This document shows positions 1-11,841 of a stretch of DNA of 64,000 nt, in pieces. The translations under genes and the position numbers were made by a program. How positions within the stretch are numbered: position 1 is the stretch's first letter; the number at the start of each line of letters is the position of its first letter. Under the pieces are notes generated by a model. It saw nothing but the letters and a program-made list of their open reading frames with translations. It ran no database searches and was not told where the DNA came from. The DNA comes from Marsupella aquatica (taxonomy: Eukaryota; Plantae; Marchantiophyta), in the NCBI GenBank assembly GCA_973895155.1, contig OZ316894.1:10819874-10883873 (forward strand). Direction: 5' to 3'.

Positions 1-25
1 TGTCAAATTGAATTTGAATGGACCT

Positions 26-491
26 TGTCATGTGCATACACATCGTTACACAACATACATCGCTTGTCACATACATCCAAACATAGTCACACTGCCACAT
101 CACAAACATAAGATAATGAAATACAAGTGGAACTCATGTTCACACATGTCCAAAACCCACAATAATCTTCACAACAATCGGAACAACGATCGACGCCAAC
201 AACACCCACTCAATCCCGTCCGATTCGATCACACACTGTATATGTCGAGCCAACGCACTTTGCACTCAAGGAATCCATGCTACATAGAGAGAGCTTTCAG
301 CCACCATAGCCACCACACAAGCTCTCCTCTCCAAGTCTCAACATTGAAAGATAACCTTTCAATGCCTCACAAGAGAGAACTACCCTCTCGCACAAACCTA
401 ACAGAACCTTATCGGCTCATATAGCACTCATACTAAACATACGGAATTAGATAGTACTATACACTCTAACACTACCTAGAATGGTGTGACA
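26..491. mobile_element. Solo LTR, family A, copy 1 (466 bp, TGTCA...TGACA)
   Basis: Termini TGTCA (26) and TGACA (491) form a short inverted repeat, flanked by direct repeat ACCT (22-25, 492-495). Homologous copies at 18679-19157 and about 62120-62500. Confidence 0.75.
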
Positions 492-1641
492 ACCTCCACT
501 CCTCTTAGCAACCTGGATAGACTGCAGCAAAACTCTCTTTCACCTCCTCATATCTTACTAATAAAGTAGTACCAAAATTACTATCTAGAACTGGACCGTG
601 AGTCTAATGGGATAGCTTAAGGTGTATCCTTGAAAACATAGATATGAATGATATTGAATTTGTTTTAGAATTTTTTTCTTGGGGGGGGGGGGATCTTGTC
701 TTAGCTAATTAGTTCGTGGACCCCTTGGCTAATAAAATCAGGGGAAAGAGTTGATCTGAGCCATCTCTATTTCTTATCACCGGAAATCTCCATCATAATG
801 GCCAATCTATGGCTCAAAAGAAAGATCTCAAATAGATCTATGGATGGGTTTTGTCCGTTTTACAAATGAGTTAATATTTTTCAAATTAAAAATTAAACAA
901 ATCCAAGCCTTCCTAGCCGTCGATTTTGTTAATTTTATGATCTTTGCCGTCCATTTTGTAATGCCTCTGGAAATCTTATTCATCCATGTTAAAAGGCGAT
1001 CTAGGGTGCAAAAGAAAGATCTCAATGAGATGTACGACTGGGTGTTTTTTGTTTTGAGAATGAGTAAATAGTTTTGAGTATAAAATTTGATGAACTTTCA
1101 AGATTCCAGCCATTCCTCTTCCCCGATCCTGGGTTTCTATGTGCTCTTCCCAACATTAATGGTCGTACAATACGAGAGGTCCTTACGTACCGGGAGTTGC
1201 GGTTTAACAAGGAAGTTATCAAGTTAGTTATTAGTCATCATTTATTATATGAAAAATATTTTTTATAAATCTTTGAATTTAAATTTTAAAATTGGAAATG
1301 TAACTAAAACGGTTACATAGTGACAGTTTTAACCGTCTTGCTCTTTGTATTTCCAATGTTTTTACTTTTCTTTTTACGGCACGGCGTCCCAAAATTTACA
1401 CCCAAATTGACACAAACACGAATGAAAACTATAAGTTTGATTCACAAAATCGATGAGTCTTGTTTGTTACGATTGTTGTTGACGTGGCACTCTGTGGTGC
1501 CAGGAATTTTGGAAGGGACCTCTAGTGGGGTCCGTAATTAGGTTAGTAATACACATTACATGTATAAGTGAAATGTGAAAATAGGCTTTTGCTCGGATCG
1601 ATCCTGGATGCAATTTTTTTTATCAAAACCTTGTGGCAAAC

Positions 1642-2339
1642 CATGGTCCGTGAAGGTCACCGTACTTTGGCAGATGTAGTGGTGGCAAACCCATTGCACC
1701 AAGACATCATTGGGACAGCGGCAACAATGGCAGGGGCAGCAGCATCACGAGCAGCAACAACGAAGGAGGCCAAATATGTTGCACGAGCTTCATCTGATAG
1801 CTTCCTGCCCCTTGCTCTTGAGATATTTGGGCGTCTCCATCATCAGTTCGACGGGCTTCTTCGCCAAGCTACTCGGGATGTTCACGGCCGAATGGATCCC
1901 ACCGGGCCCCCGCTATCTGTTTTGACCACGCACTTTCGCCAACGCATTTCAGTCACCTTACAGCGTGCTCAAGTTCGGGCCGTCTATCATCGATCTCTGA
2001 CACTGGGTGCTAGTGTGACTCCGCAGCGGCTAGCCCCCCTAGAGGACATTCCTGTCCCACTTGCCGATCTAGTTTCGACACTTGATGTAGACCACTAACT
2101 TGTTGCCACATTTGGTAGGTATGATGAGGACCTCGATCCATTTGTGGTAGTTTTAGTTTCTCTTTCTTGGTTTTTAAGGGTTTCCTTTTGCTCACTTCTA
2201 TTAGTTTTTCTTTCTTGGTTTTTAGTGTTTTCTTTTATTCACTTCTTTTGCGTTTGGTTTTGTTCACTTGTGATCTCTTGTTTATTCTTTTGTATTTTAT
2301 TTGGCCTTTTTCTGTAAAAAGTATGTGTATATTTCTAAT
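1642..2339 (+). mobile_element. 5'-truncated non-LTR retrotransposon encoding a restriction-like endonuclease (RLE) C-terminus (CRE/NeSL-like)
   Basis: ORF to 2098 reads LADVVVANP...AATTKEAKY...FLPLALEIFGRL...RQRISVTLQRA, matching the D..K..KY..F.P...E..G..QR.S..LQR pattern of RLE domains. It is followed by a T-rich 3' UTR. An 11-bp direct repeat TTGTGGCAAAC lies at 1631-1641 and 2340-2350. Confidence 0.75.
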
Positions 2340-4101
2340 TTGTGGCAAACGTTCCATCCCAACTTCAATTTGCACAAGGTGCTATTCGCCACTGTGACGA
2401 GAAAGAAAATAAACTTTAAAAAATTACTTTGACTACGGCATTCACCTGTAAGACAGAGCCTCTGACGTCGTCAACCTGTTCGACGAATTGAACGCGGACA
2501 GGTCGATGAACCGCAGTAAAGAGGACGGCGGGACGTTCAAGTTGTTACAGTTTACCTGTTAACCTGACATGCCCGATCAGAATGATGAACTGTCATATCC
2601 GTATCACCGTACCGTACGTTCTCGAGGCGGGAGAATTGCCTAAATTTATACCAAAATCACAAGAATACTATTCTTTAATTTAAAAAGTAATCTATATAAA
2701 AATACTATTTAAACGTCGTAGTTCTTGTAGTTCTTGTACAATGCGGGAGAATTGGAAAGTGAAGTTTTATGGAACACCCGTGTATCTCATTTTGAGGGTC
2801 CATACGAGTTTGAGGTCATAACTTTATAATTATGAATTCTAAAATTTATAGTTTTGCACTTCGAATACAACTTGAGAAAGATGACGAGGCAAATAGCACA
2901 AGCCCAAATATTTCAAATTAATAATCAAAACAATGAAATTAATCTAAAGAAACTTACCCTTTTGGCATAAAGTCAACCAAAATGACCAAAAAATCACTTT
3001 CACTTCAAAACTACAAATATTTGAAGCCATTAATATCAAGTAATTACAATATGCTCAAATTTTGGGAAATATAGTCCTCTCAAGTTTCAAAGACTAACCT
3101 TGTGGTGCATGGCAGTCTCATATTCTGTATATTATGAGGAGACATATGTTTTAGTAAAACATTCATTAAATCTTTGAAGACCGTAAAGTAGTTTAGGGTC
3201 TCTCCACTCGCCTGGGATGTAGATTCTTCTAAAGTCAGATGTTTCTGACCCGTCAGAGTTTCTTAGATTTAAGGAAACCTGTTAAATCTGGGAGTTGCTG
3301 TGATACGGAACTGCATTTCTCCTCTCTGGTGAATGAGGGGAGAAAATGTGTCACTTATTCCTATGTATGTTTTGGTAGCCGGCTATGTGTTTGTAGCTAC
3401 CTATGTTTTGGGTGAACAGTTGACTAAATTTGCGCACCGAGGGAGTGAAACTAGATTTTTTGTATTTTAAATTATTGGGCAATGCCATAAGTAAATTTAT
3501 TTCTGTATACATTTATATATGTATGTCTCACATTATATATGTTTTTCCAAGATTCACAAGTACCACTCTATAATTCTTATCGCAGTGATTGAACTGTCAA
3601 TAATCATTTATTTATTGCGTTCAGCTGGTAGCCATGGTAAAGTCTGTAGTACACTCGGAATAAGAGAGTTTGCATGATGTGATGAGTGCAACATTGGGAC
3701 TCTTGCACTTGTAGATAGTGATTGCTGGTCCTCGTGGTTCACATTATATGAGTGTAACATTCATTATGGGTGATGCCTTCTGGCCTTAAAGAAATGGCTG
3801 TAACTTTAGGAGTTATGTATAAGGTTTTTTTAGTGATTTGCATTCATCGCACGTGATATTCCTTACCACAAAAGATCATGAATTTAATAGTGTGTAGTAT
3901 TTATTAGTATGTAACTTTGGGAGCACTTTACAAAATGAGCAGAGGCAGTCAGTTTACAATTTTTCCTTGCATCTCTCAATCTCCACCCTAGATTTATGGG
4001 CTTTGGCCAAGGTTTACTTTATAAAATGAATGAGGTCAATTGGTGTGACAGTTTCTGAAGGTCCTGGTTGAACTGGAGTGTTCTCATTTAGCTTACACAA
4101 G

Positions 4102-4159
4102 CGCTATGCGTGTGCATTGTGCAGTGCAAGGCTATGCGTGTGCGTTGTGCAGTGCAAGG
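4102..4159. repeat. Tandem duplication, about 29 bp x2
   Basis: GCTATGCGTGTGC(A/G)TTGTGCAGTGCAAG occurs twice in tandem. Confidence 0.85.
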
Positions 4160-4382
4160 AGGACAGGCCCATGGAGTTGGGCCGGGGCATTTATGGAGTA
4201 GCGAGAAGCACATATGTATCAGGGGTGCACATTTTCTCCACCAATGATTGCATATATTTTCGCCTACGAGGCTTTTTTGTATTGGGATGAAATACTAAAA
4301 AAAACAAGATCCCTTATTATAGATACTCAGGGTCTATTTTTTAGACCACATCTGATTGAGATGACATCCTAGTTTTTAGCTA

Positions 4383-5130
4383 ACACATTTACTATTGTTC
4401 ATCTTGCTACATTGATTTTAGCCTCTCCTTGGCCATTGATTCCTTTGTTTTGCAAGGTATTGTCATGGGAAAATGGTGGCTCAAGTGCACTCCCGTCCTT
4501 GTTGGAAAGTGCACTTAAACAAAGAGGTGACACATTTATGATTGTCATTTCACTAAATTGATTTTAGTCTCTCCCTGCCATTAATTTATTTAGTTTGCAA
4601 GTGTATTGTCCTGGGAAGATGGTAGCAGCAGTGCACTCCCGTCCTGTTGGAAAATGCCCCTCAAGGAAACTGAAATTTTGAGCCTTTGAGGGTCGATACC
4701 CCCTCATAAATGAGTTTCAGTGAACCGTCTACCTTGGTAAAGTGCACTCAAACAAAGAGGGGGACCAAAGGATCTTAAATGAGCGTCAGGGAACCGTCCA
4801 CCTAGATTATAGATGGGTGCACTTAGACAAAGTGTACTTGGAAAGTGCACTCAAACAAAGCGGGGACCAAAGGATTTTAATAAATGAGATTCAGGAACCG
4901 TCCACCTAAATTTTGGATACCTCACTTAGACAAAGTGGACTTGGAAAGTGCACTTAAACAAAGAGGGGGTCAAAGGGTTGTAATAAATGAGTTCGAGGAG
5001 CCGTCTACCTAAATTATGCATGGTGCGCTTAGATAAAGAGTATTTGCAAAGAGCACTCAATCAAAGAGGGGGACCCAAGGATTGTAATAAATGAGTTTGA
5101 GAAGCCGTCTACTGAATTCTTCAATGGTGC
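4383..5130. repeat. Degenerate minisatellite array (about 147-bp duplication, then four units of about 103 bp)
   Basis: AAAGTGCACT(C/T)AAACAAAGAGGGG...AATGAG...ACCGTC(T/C)ACC recurs near 4739, 4842, 4944 and 5048. Segment 4383-4511 is duplicated at about 4530-4657. Confidence 0.8.
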
Positions 5131-5633
5131 ATTTAGGGTGGCTTTACAAGACGTTGGGGGCAGTTTCCACATTTTTTTGGTGTCCAAGATCTGATCAAGG
5201 CCATTCATTTGAGAGAAATTGCTGCTGTTCACTTTACAAAACCTCGAGGGCACTTTCAACCAAACCTGTTACCAATCCTACATGGAATGCAGTGGAGCCC
5301 AATTTTTGCTTATGTGGAGCACTCTTTTGTCCTAGATTTTAGACCACCTCTCTTGGTGGTCTCTTCTTCTGGCCGCTTGGTCCATTTTTATTTTAAGTCA
5401 TTTATAATAAAAAGGGATCCACAAGTCCTTCATAAGATATTCTCTTCTCACATTTACAAAGACTTTAGCCAAAGATTACGTGCCATTCAGGTGGAGTGGG
5501 TCCTCAATCTGTCTTTTAGTCAATTAATCTGGCACCATTGGCTGCACTTGGCTTTACAAGATCTTGGGGGCAATAGAAGGTTTCAAAAAATGCTTTTAGC
5601 CCTGGGACACTATAGTTAGTGTGTGCAATGGCC

Positions 5634-5736
5634 CTCCAGTTTGCTTTGGTAAAAAAAACTCCCAAGTGCCCCCGACGTCTTGTTCCAGTTTGCTTTGGTA
5701 AAAAAAACTCCCAAGTGCCCCCGACGTCTTGTAAAG
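5634..5736. repeat. Tandem duplication, about 49 bp x2
   Basis: TCCAGTTTGCTTTGGTAAAAAAAACTCCCAAGTGCCCCCGACGTCTTGT occurs twice. Confidence 0.85.
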
Positions 5737-5963
5737 TCCTCCTTAGACGAAGTGTACTTCAGTCGTCGAGCCTCGTCCCTCGTGCTGAACGACAATTGCC
5801 TTATATTAATTAAAGTCTCGGGGTTTGGGAATGGAAAGGCTACTTGACTACTTCTACTTCTGTGCTCGGGAACTTATTGTCGCGATCCAATTTCCCAATT
5901 TATGTGGCACGTCGACCGAAACATACGCCAGCCATAGCTTTGGGAGGGGAGGACTGGAGGAGA

Positions 5964-6115
5964 GAGGAGCCCATGTCTAGGAAAATTCAATTTGTTGAAA
6001 ATAGGAGACCGAAGGAAAGAAGCTTGGGAGCGCAATTGAGGAGCCCATGTCTAGGAAAATTCAATTTGAGGAAAGTAGCAGACCGAATGAAAGACAAGCT
6101 TGGGAGCGCAATTCT
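5964..6115. repeat. Tandem duplication, about 75 bp x2
   Basis: GAGGAGCCCATGTCTAGGAAAATTCAATTTG...AAGCTTGGGAGCGCAATT occurs twice. Confidence 0.8.
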
Positions 6116-7191
6116 TGCGATACCTGACAGCCCCGTCAAATCCTCGTCGCAAATAACAGAAGGGTGGATCTCCAAGACTCCAAACAACCATCGCTTGTTC
6201 GCTTGCTTGTCCCCACCGTCTTGTTTCTGTCGACCCAGAATGCAGGATTGCTCTGCAGGACCTATCCTCGTCACGGGATAATAGGAGCTCAGCTCACCAG
6301 CTTCAACGCCATAGAAACGCAATCAATGAACATCTCAAGGACGGTGCGTGTGCAGCTCGTCATGGCTACGCTAGCTAGCTGTTCGCTCGTACCGGTACTG
6401 AACTACCGGTACCCATGAATCAGCTACCGTACTCAGCTGGACGGTTCGCATGACGGGTCATGACAGCACTACTACTACTACTACAGCAGCAGTAGCACCG
6501 TTTCTCCTCTTCCCGAAATCACAATCAAAGCAGGCATATTCAAATGCACTGCAATTTATGAGAGGCAGGCTCGGAATACAGGTGGATGGATCGAACGTCA
6601 AAGGTGTCCTCCTGTCTTCCCCACTCAGAGAGTTCACCGGACGATGACCGTCGATCCGTTCTAAATTTTGGTACAATTCTGCGGAAGACCTGGACATGTG
6701 TGTGATGAGATCTGAGAGAGAGGACGAGGCGTCCTTGTCTGCGCGAGCAAGTTACGGGATTATTTATTGTTGTACAATCTCGCACACTGTACTTCCGAGA
6801 TTTCGTCTCGAGACGGGCCCCGAAGTCATGCGAGTTCGGTGTGCGGAAAACTTTGTAGGAGGTAACCCGGGGGAGGTAAGGAGGCGGATGGTAACGTAGC
6901 CCGGTCGCTGAGAAGATTCGACGATGAAAGACGAAGTGCTGAAGAAACGTCGTCGTACGGATTGATGTATGTACATATGGATTGGTACGAAAGAGACGGA
7001 GCGGCCTGTCTTTGCGTTGACGATTGGGAAACTACAATACACAACAACACCACCGCAGTACTGCACCACTACCAACAACAACAACAACACCAATCGATTG
7101 ATCTCGCAACACGTCACGTATCGATCGATCCTTCAACACGTAACGTCGTAACCGTAGAAGGGATTGATCGAACGAGAGAGAAAGGTTGTGT

Positions 7192-7201
7192 CCTATTTAA
7201 A
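7192..7201 (+). promoter_or_regulatory. Candidate TATA box for the LRR-RLK transcript
   Basis: CCTATTTAAA within a CpG-rich region about 1.75 kb upstream of the RLK ATG. Position is inferred only. Confidence 0.3.
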
Positions 7202-8963
7202 CGACTCTACAGTGCACCGGCTTCCCGCGCGCCGTATGTGACCCACTGACTGTGGAGGAGTGTGGAATTCTCTCCACTCCCAAGTCCCAACGCACACTGC
7301 ATCTCGATCGTCATTCACAAGTTGAATTTAGCCTCGGTACTTCTCTGTTGTCTTCATGAGTAGCGTCAGACATCGACAGAGGGAGGAGGGCGACGAAGGC
7401 TGCTGAACTGCCTCTCGATCGTCATTCGTCGGCGGTGCCGATGCAGAATGGAACTGGCAGCCACAAGTGCACCATCAGTCACAATAGGTCACACTGCTGG
7501 GATTGGATTCTGCAATGAGATGAGGCGCTGGAACGCTGGCATGGCTGCTGCTGCTGCTGGTAGTCCTCGGTGTCAAACAGTCTTCTCACGTGCTGCAATT
7601 CGAGGAATGGTGGCGGCCTTGCCGTTCAAGTTTTGTGCAGGAGGGAGAGAATGAGCTGGAATCCTGCAGTTTTTCTCGACCGGTTCGGTGACTGAGTTAA
7701 TGTGACCTTAGAACTCTGACGAACAATAACATCGCATTTCTAGAGCAGGTCGAGGATTATTATGTAGAGGATCCTTTCTCCTTCCGGACACCCACATTGG
7801 ATCCGGTTGAGGGAGAAATATTTCTGTGTGAGCGACATTGGATCCACGAAGCTCGACTGCTTGTATTGTATACACAAAGTGTGAGAGGTCCGTATATATG
7901 TGTCTGAGACATGGTGTGCTGAGGTGATTCGCATGAGCGGCCGGGACGCACCGTTCGACAACTTGAAGGTCGTGTCCGAGCCGTCTAAGACGAATGTCGT
8001 TGTTGGGTTGGTGGCGGTGGAGGCAGACGTCCACGACGACATGAAACGAAAGAGGAGGATTTTATTCTGGACGGCTTTCCTCCTCCCTCTTCAGATGAGC
8101 TGCGCCGGTCTTGCAATCTTTCAGTTTCTGCTCCTTTTGATATTGTCGGCTGCCACTCTGTTCTGTTACCCAGTTGTCCTTCGTGGCGCAGCTGTCGCTG
8201 TGCAGATGAGTTCGGGAGGAGTGTGTGGAAGTTGCAAGTATGGTGATTTTGTCTCCGATAGACCATCACTGGAAAGGCTCTCGTTGTAGGTCCATCCGTC
8301 CTTCCGTCCGTCCGCAATCAAGTACATTCGTAAAATTCAGGCAGGTGCTTCTTCATTCGACTGATGGAGGCTTTACGTAGAGCTCCACGTCCTTTCAGTC
8401 CTGCTCAACTCTAGCTCAATTTATCGCAGCCAAGACCTCCATTGGTCAAGTTCAAGCTTTGGACATTCGAAATGCAGAGGACCGCCACTGCACAGGTAAA
8501 TTCTACTCGCGTGCATTGTTGACATCAATGTTGACGTACGCATGTGCTATGTATTGCCAGGCATTGACGGAAGCTGATACGAGATATTGCTACTGCGATG
8601 CCTTTCATTTCCTTGAAGTCGTTCAGCAGCCCACCGATTTCCCGTCACATTTCGTGACATTACTGTTCCAGAAATGGAGAAGTTGACACAGCATAGATCC
8701 CACCGTAATAGAAGCACGAGGCATTCATTCGAGAGGGCTCATTAAGCTCTACGTTTCCCAATAGCCAGGCATTTGGTCGACTCTCTCGTAAAGGAATCGC
8801 TGTTGTTGTGGTGAGCAGATTTGGGGGTACAATCGCAGGAAGGAAAATGGAGAAAAGAGAGGTGATGAGAGGTTTGTCGGACCTGTAGCACGTCGGTAGA
8901 CAAACAATGCTCTCGAGATCTGCAGTGGCACTGCAAGGTTCAGTAGGGGAGTGAGTAGTGAGA

Positions 8964-11841
8964 ATGCGAGTCCGAGGTGTGGTGGCGGCATGGATGAGAC
9001 TCCTGCAGATCAGCTTGTTGTATGGACTGTTATTGCTCGGACCAGTTCTCATCTTGATGGCAGATCAATCAGGTGCGGTTGTTATGTCGCAAGATGGTCT
9101 TTCTCTCCTGGCCTTCAAGGAGGGCCTGCAAAGTCCAAATGTTTTGGAAGACGACTGGGATCCAAGCGACGCGACTCCGTGTGCATGGCTTGGAGTCACC
9201 TGCTCCAATGACTCTCGCGCACTCGTCACTCAGTTGTCCCTCCCAGCCATGGGCCTCTTCGGTACTATTTCTCCTGCCATAGCTCGGCTAGGCTCGCTAA
9301 CAATTCTAGACTTCGGAGAGAATAACCTCACGGGCAGCATCCCCTCGGCAATTGGCAACGGCTGCCCCATGCTCCAGGTGCTCAACGTAGCCTACAATCA
9401 GCTCACTGGAGTTATCCCTCTATCACTCGGAAAGCTGTCAGCGCTAGAGGAGCTTATCTTGCATGGGAACTCGCTCAATGGAAGCCTTCCCGTCGAGCTT
9501 GTCAATTGTACCCGTCTCGCATACCTTCATGTGTATGACAACGGCTTGACAGGAACGATCCCTCCAGAATATGGAGGTCTGGTCAATCTCTTGGAAATCA
9601 GGGCCGGAGGAAACTCCATCGGTGGTGAGCTACCTTGGCAACTCGCCAATTGCACACAGCTGCAGACATTGGGTGTGGCTTACAATCCGCTCACAGGTTG
9701 GATCCCCGCCGAGCTTGGCAGCCTGCCAAAACTGACGACATTGAATCTGGTGGCAACGGGGGTGAGAGGGTGGATTCCTGTGTCTCTGGGAAACTTGACA
9801 CAGCTGCAAACCTTAGCGTTGTACAACACATTGCTTACGGGACCCATCCCTCCCGAGCTTGGTAACCTCCGCTCATTGCAGTCCCTGTGGCTCTACACTA
9901 ATAATCTCACGGGAACCATTCCTCCTGAACTCGGCAACTTGACGTCGCTCAGAAGCTTGGACCTGTCCTACAACAAGCTTGTGGGGTCCATTCCACCCCA
10001 GTTGGGCAACCTTCAAGAGCTGAGAGCTGTCAATCTATATGGGAATAGGTTGAGCGGATTCATACCTCCAGAGCTCGCCAACGCAAGGTACTTGACGGTA
10101 TTAGAGCTTTACGACAACCAGCTGGAGGGGACCATTCCAGTGGAGCTTGGGCGGTCGGAGAGTTTGTCCACTCTCGCTGTATGGCAAAACCATTTAGAAG
10201 GAAACATCCCGTTTGAGCTAGGGAATTGCTCAGGGCTCAACATTCTGGATTTGTCACTCAACAACCTTTCGGGCGCCATTCCCGGTGAGCTATTCCGCTC
10301 GGGCAGCCTCCAGCGATTGTTTCTTTTCTCGAACCAGTTGTCCGGTCCTATACCTCCCGACATCAAACTGGCTTTCAACCTCACGCGAGTTCGACTGGGC
10401 CAAAATCAACTGAACGGGACTATTCCAGCTGAACTGGGACAGCTGCACAATCTCATTTATCTGGAGCTCTACGACAATCAGCTTAGCGGGCCTATTCCCG
10501 CGCAGTATGCGGGATCTAGGCTCCAAGGTCTGATCCTTTCGAGGAATCTTCTCACTGGTCCTGTACCCGAAGAACTAGGAAATCTTTCTTCCCTCATTCA
10601 GCTGGATTTATCCCTAAACCTTCTCAGTGGTTCCATACCACCTCAGCTTGGCGACCTTCAGCAGCTCATAATCTTGAAACTTAGTGGCAACCTTTTGAAC
10701 GGCCAAATTCCTCCAGAGATCGGCAACTGCCAGCGGCTAGATGAACTCGACCTTGGTAAGAACTTACTGAGTGGCAGCATCCCTGCAGATATCGGCAGAT
10801 TGAGCAATATGGAGATTTCTTTGGACCTGAGCTGGAATTACTTGACTGGCAGCCTTCCTCAGTCCATGGGTAACCTGACGGGACTGACTAAGTTAGATCT
10901 CTCCCACAACTCCCTGAGTGGAAGCGTGCTGCAACTCAACGGCATGATCAGCCTCACATTCGCAAATATTTCGATGAACCAATTCTCAGGGCTTTTGCCA
11001 GACATCTTCTCCAGGCCGATGATGACCGTGTCATATTTTGGGAACCCTGCTCTCTGTCAGCTAGGAAGGCCTTGCAACTATAACCCCCCTCCCGACCTGC
11101 AGTCCAAGCACCGCGCCTACTCTCAACGAGAAGTGCTGATCTTGACGTTTGTTCTAATCTTTGCACTGGTAGCCCTTTTGATCCTACTCTTTGTCGTCTG
11201 GTATGTCTCAAGATACAAGAAACCCTACCGTCGACGATATGTAGATCCAAACACCTCGTCTCAGTGGACGTTGATCCCTTTCCAGAAGTTAGAGCTATCG
11301 ATTGTGGACATTATAAGATGTTTGAAGGAGGAGAATGTCATCGGGAGAGGCGGATCTGGTGTCGTGTACAAAGCTCAAATGGAAGACGGGCAAGTGATTG
11401 CTGTGAAGAAACTCTGGATGCCAGGGAAAGGGGAAATGAGCTATGATGCTTTCAAGGCTGAGGTGGAAACTCTGGGGAAGATAAGGCATGGCAACATTTT
11501 AAGACTCTTGGGAAGCTGTTGCAACAGCAGGACTAAGCTGCTACTGTACGACTACATGCCCAACGGGAGCTTGGGGGAGCTTATGCACGGCAGTCCTACA
11601 CATCTTTTGGATTGGGCTACTAGGTACAAGATCGCTGTGGGTGCGGCCCACGGGTTGGCATATCTACACCACGATTGTGTCCCTCAGATTCTCCACCGTG
11701 ATGTCAAATCAAATAACATTTTAGTAAACGAAAGATTTGAAGCACATGTCTCGGATTTCGGGTTAGCGAAGCTCATATATGCAGACGAAGGTGATCCATC
11801 AATGTCGCGCATCGTTGGTTCCTATGGCTACATTGCTCCAG
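8964..11841 (+). CDS. RGI: LRR receptor-like Ser/Thr kinase, subfamily XI, RGI/RGFR-like; exon 1 of 2 (about 1105 aa total)
   Basis: Signal peptide, N-cap PCAWLGVTC, more than 20 plant LRRs (LxLxxNxLxGxIPxxLGxL), GNPALC cap, TM helix, and kinase motifs IGRGGSGVVY, VIAVKKL, HRDVKSNN, DFG. RAGG at 9600-9611 and RVR at 10386-10394. Donor GCTCCAG|gtacta at the conserved GYIAP/E intron. First ATG 8964 (8994 is an alternative). The symbol denotes family likeness, not established orthology. Confidence 0.93.

Noticed and set aside
8-424. 138-aa His-rich ORF
   Set aside because: Lies almost entirely within the family A solo LTR, with no recognisable domain.
4700-5130. Regularly spaced repeats resembling a CRISPR array
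   Set aside because: Whole units are homologous (no unique spacers), the context is eukaryotic and there are no cas genes.
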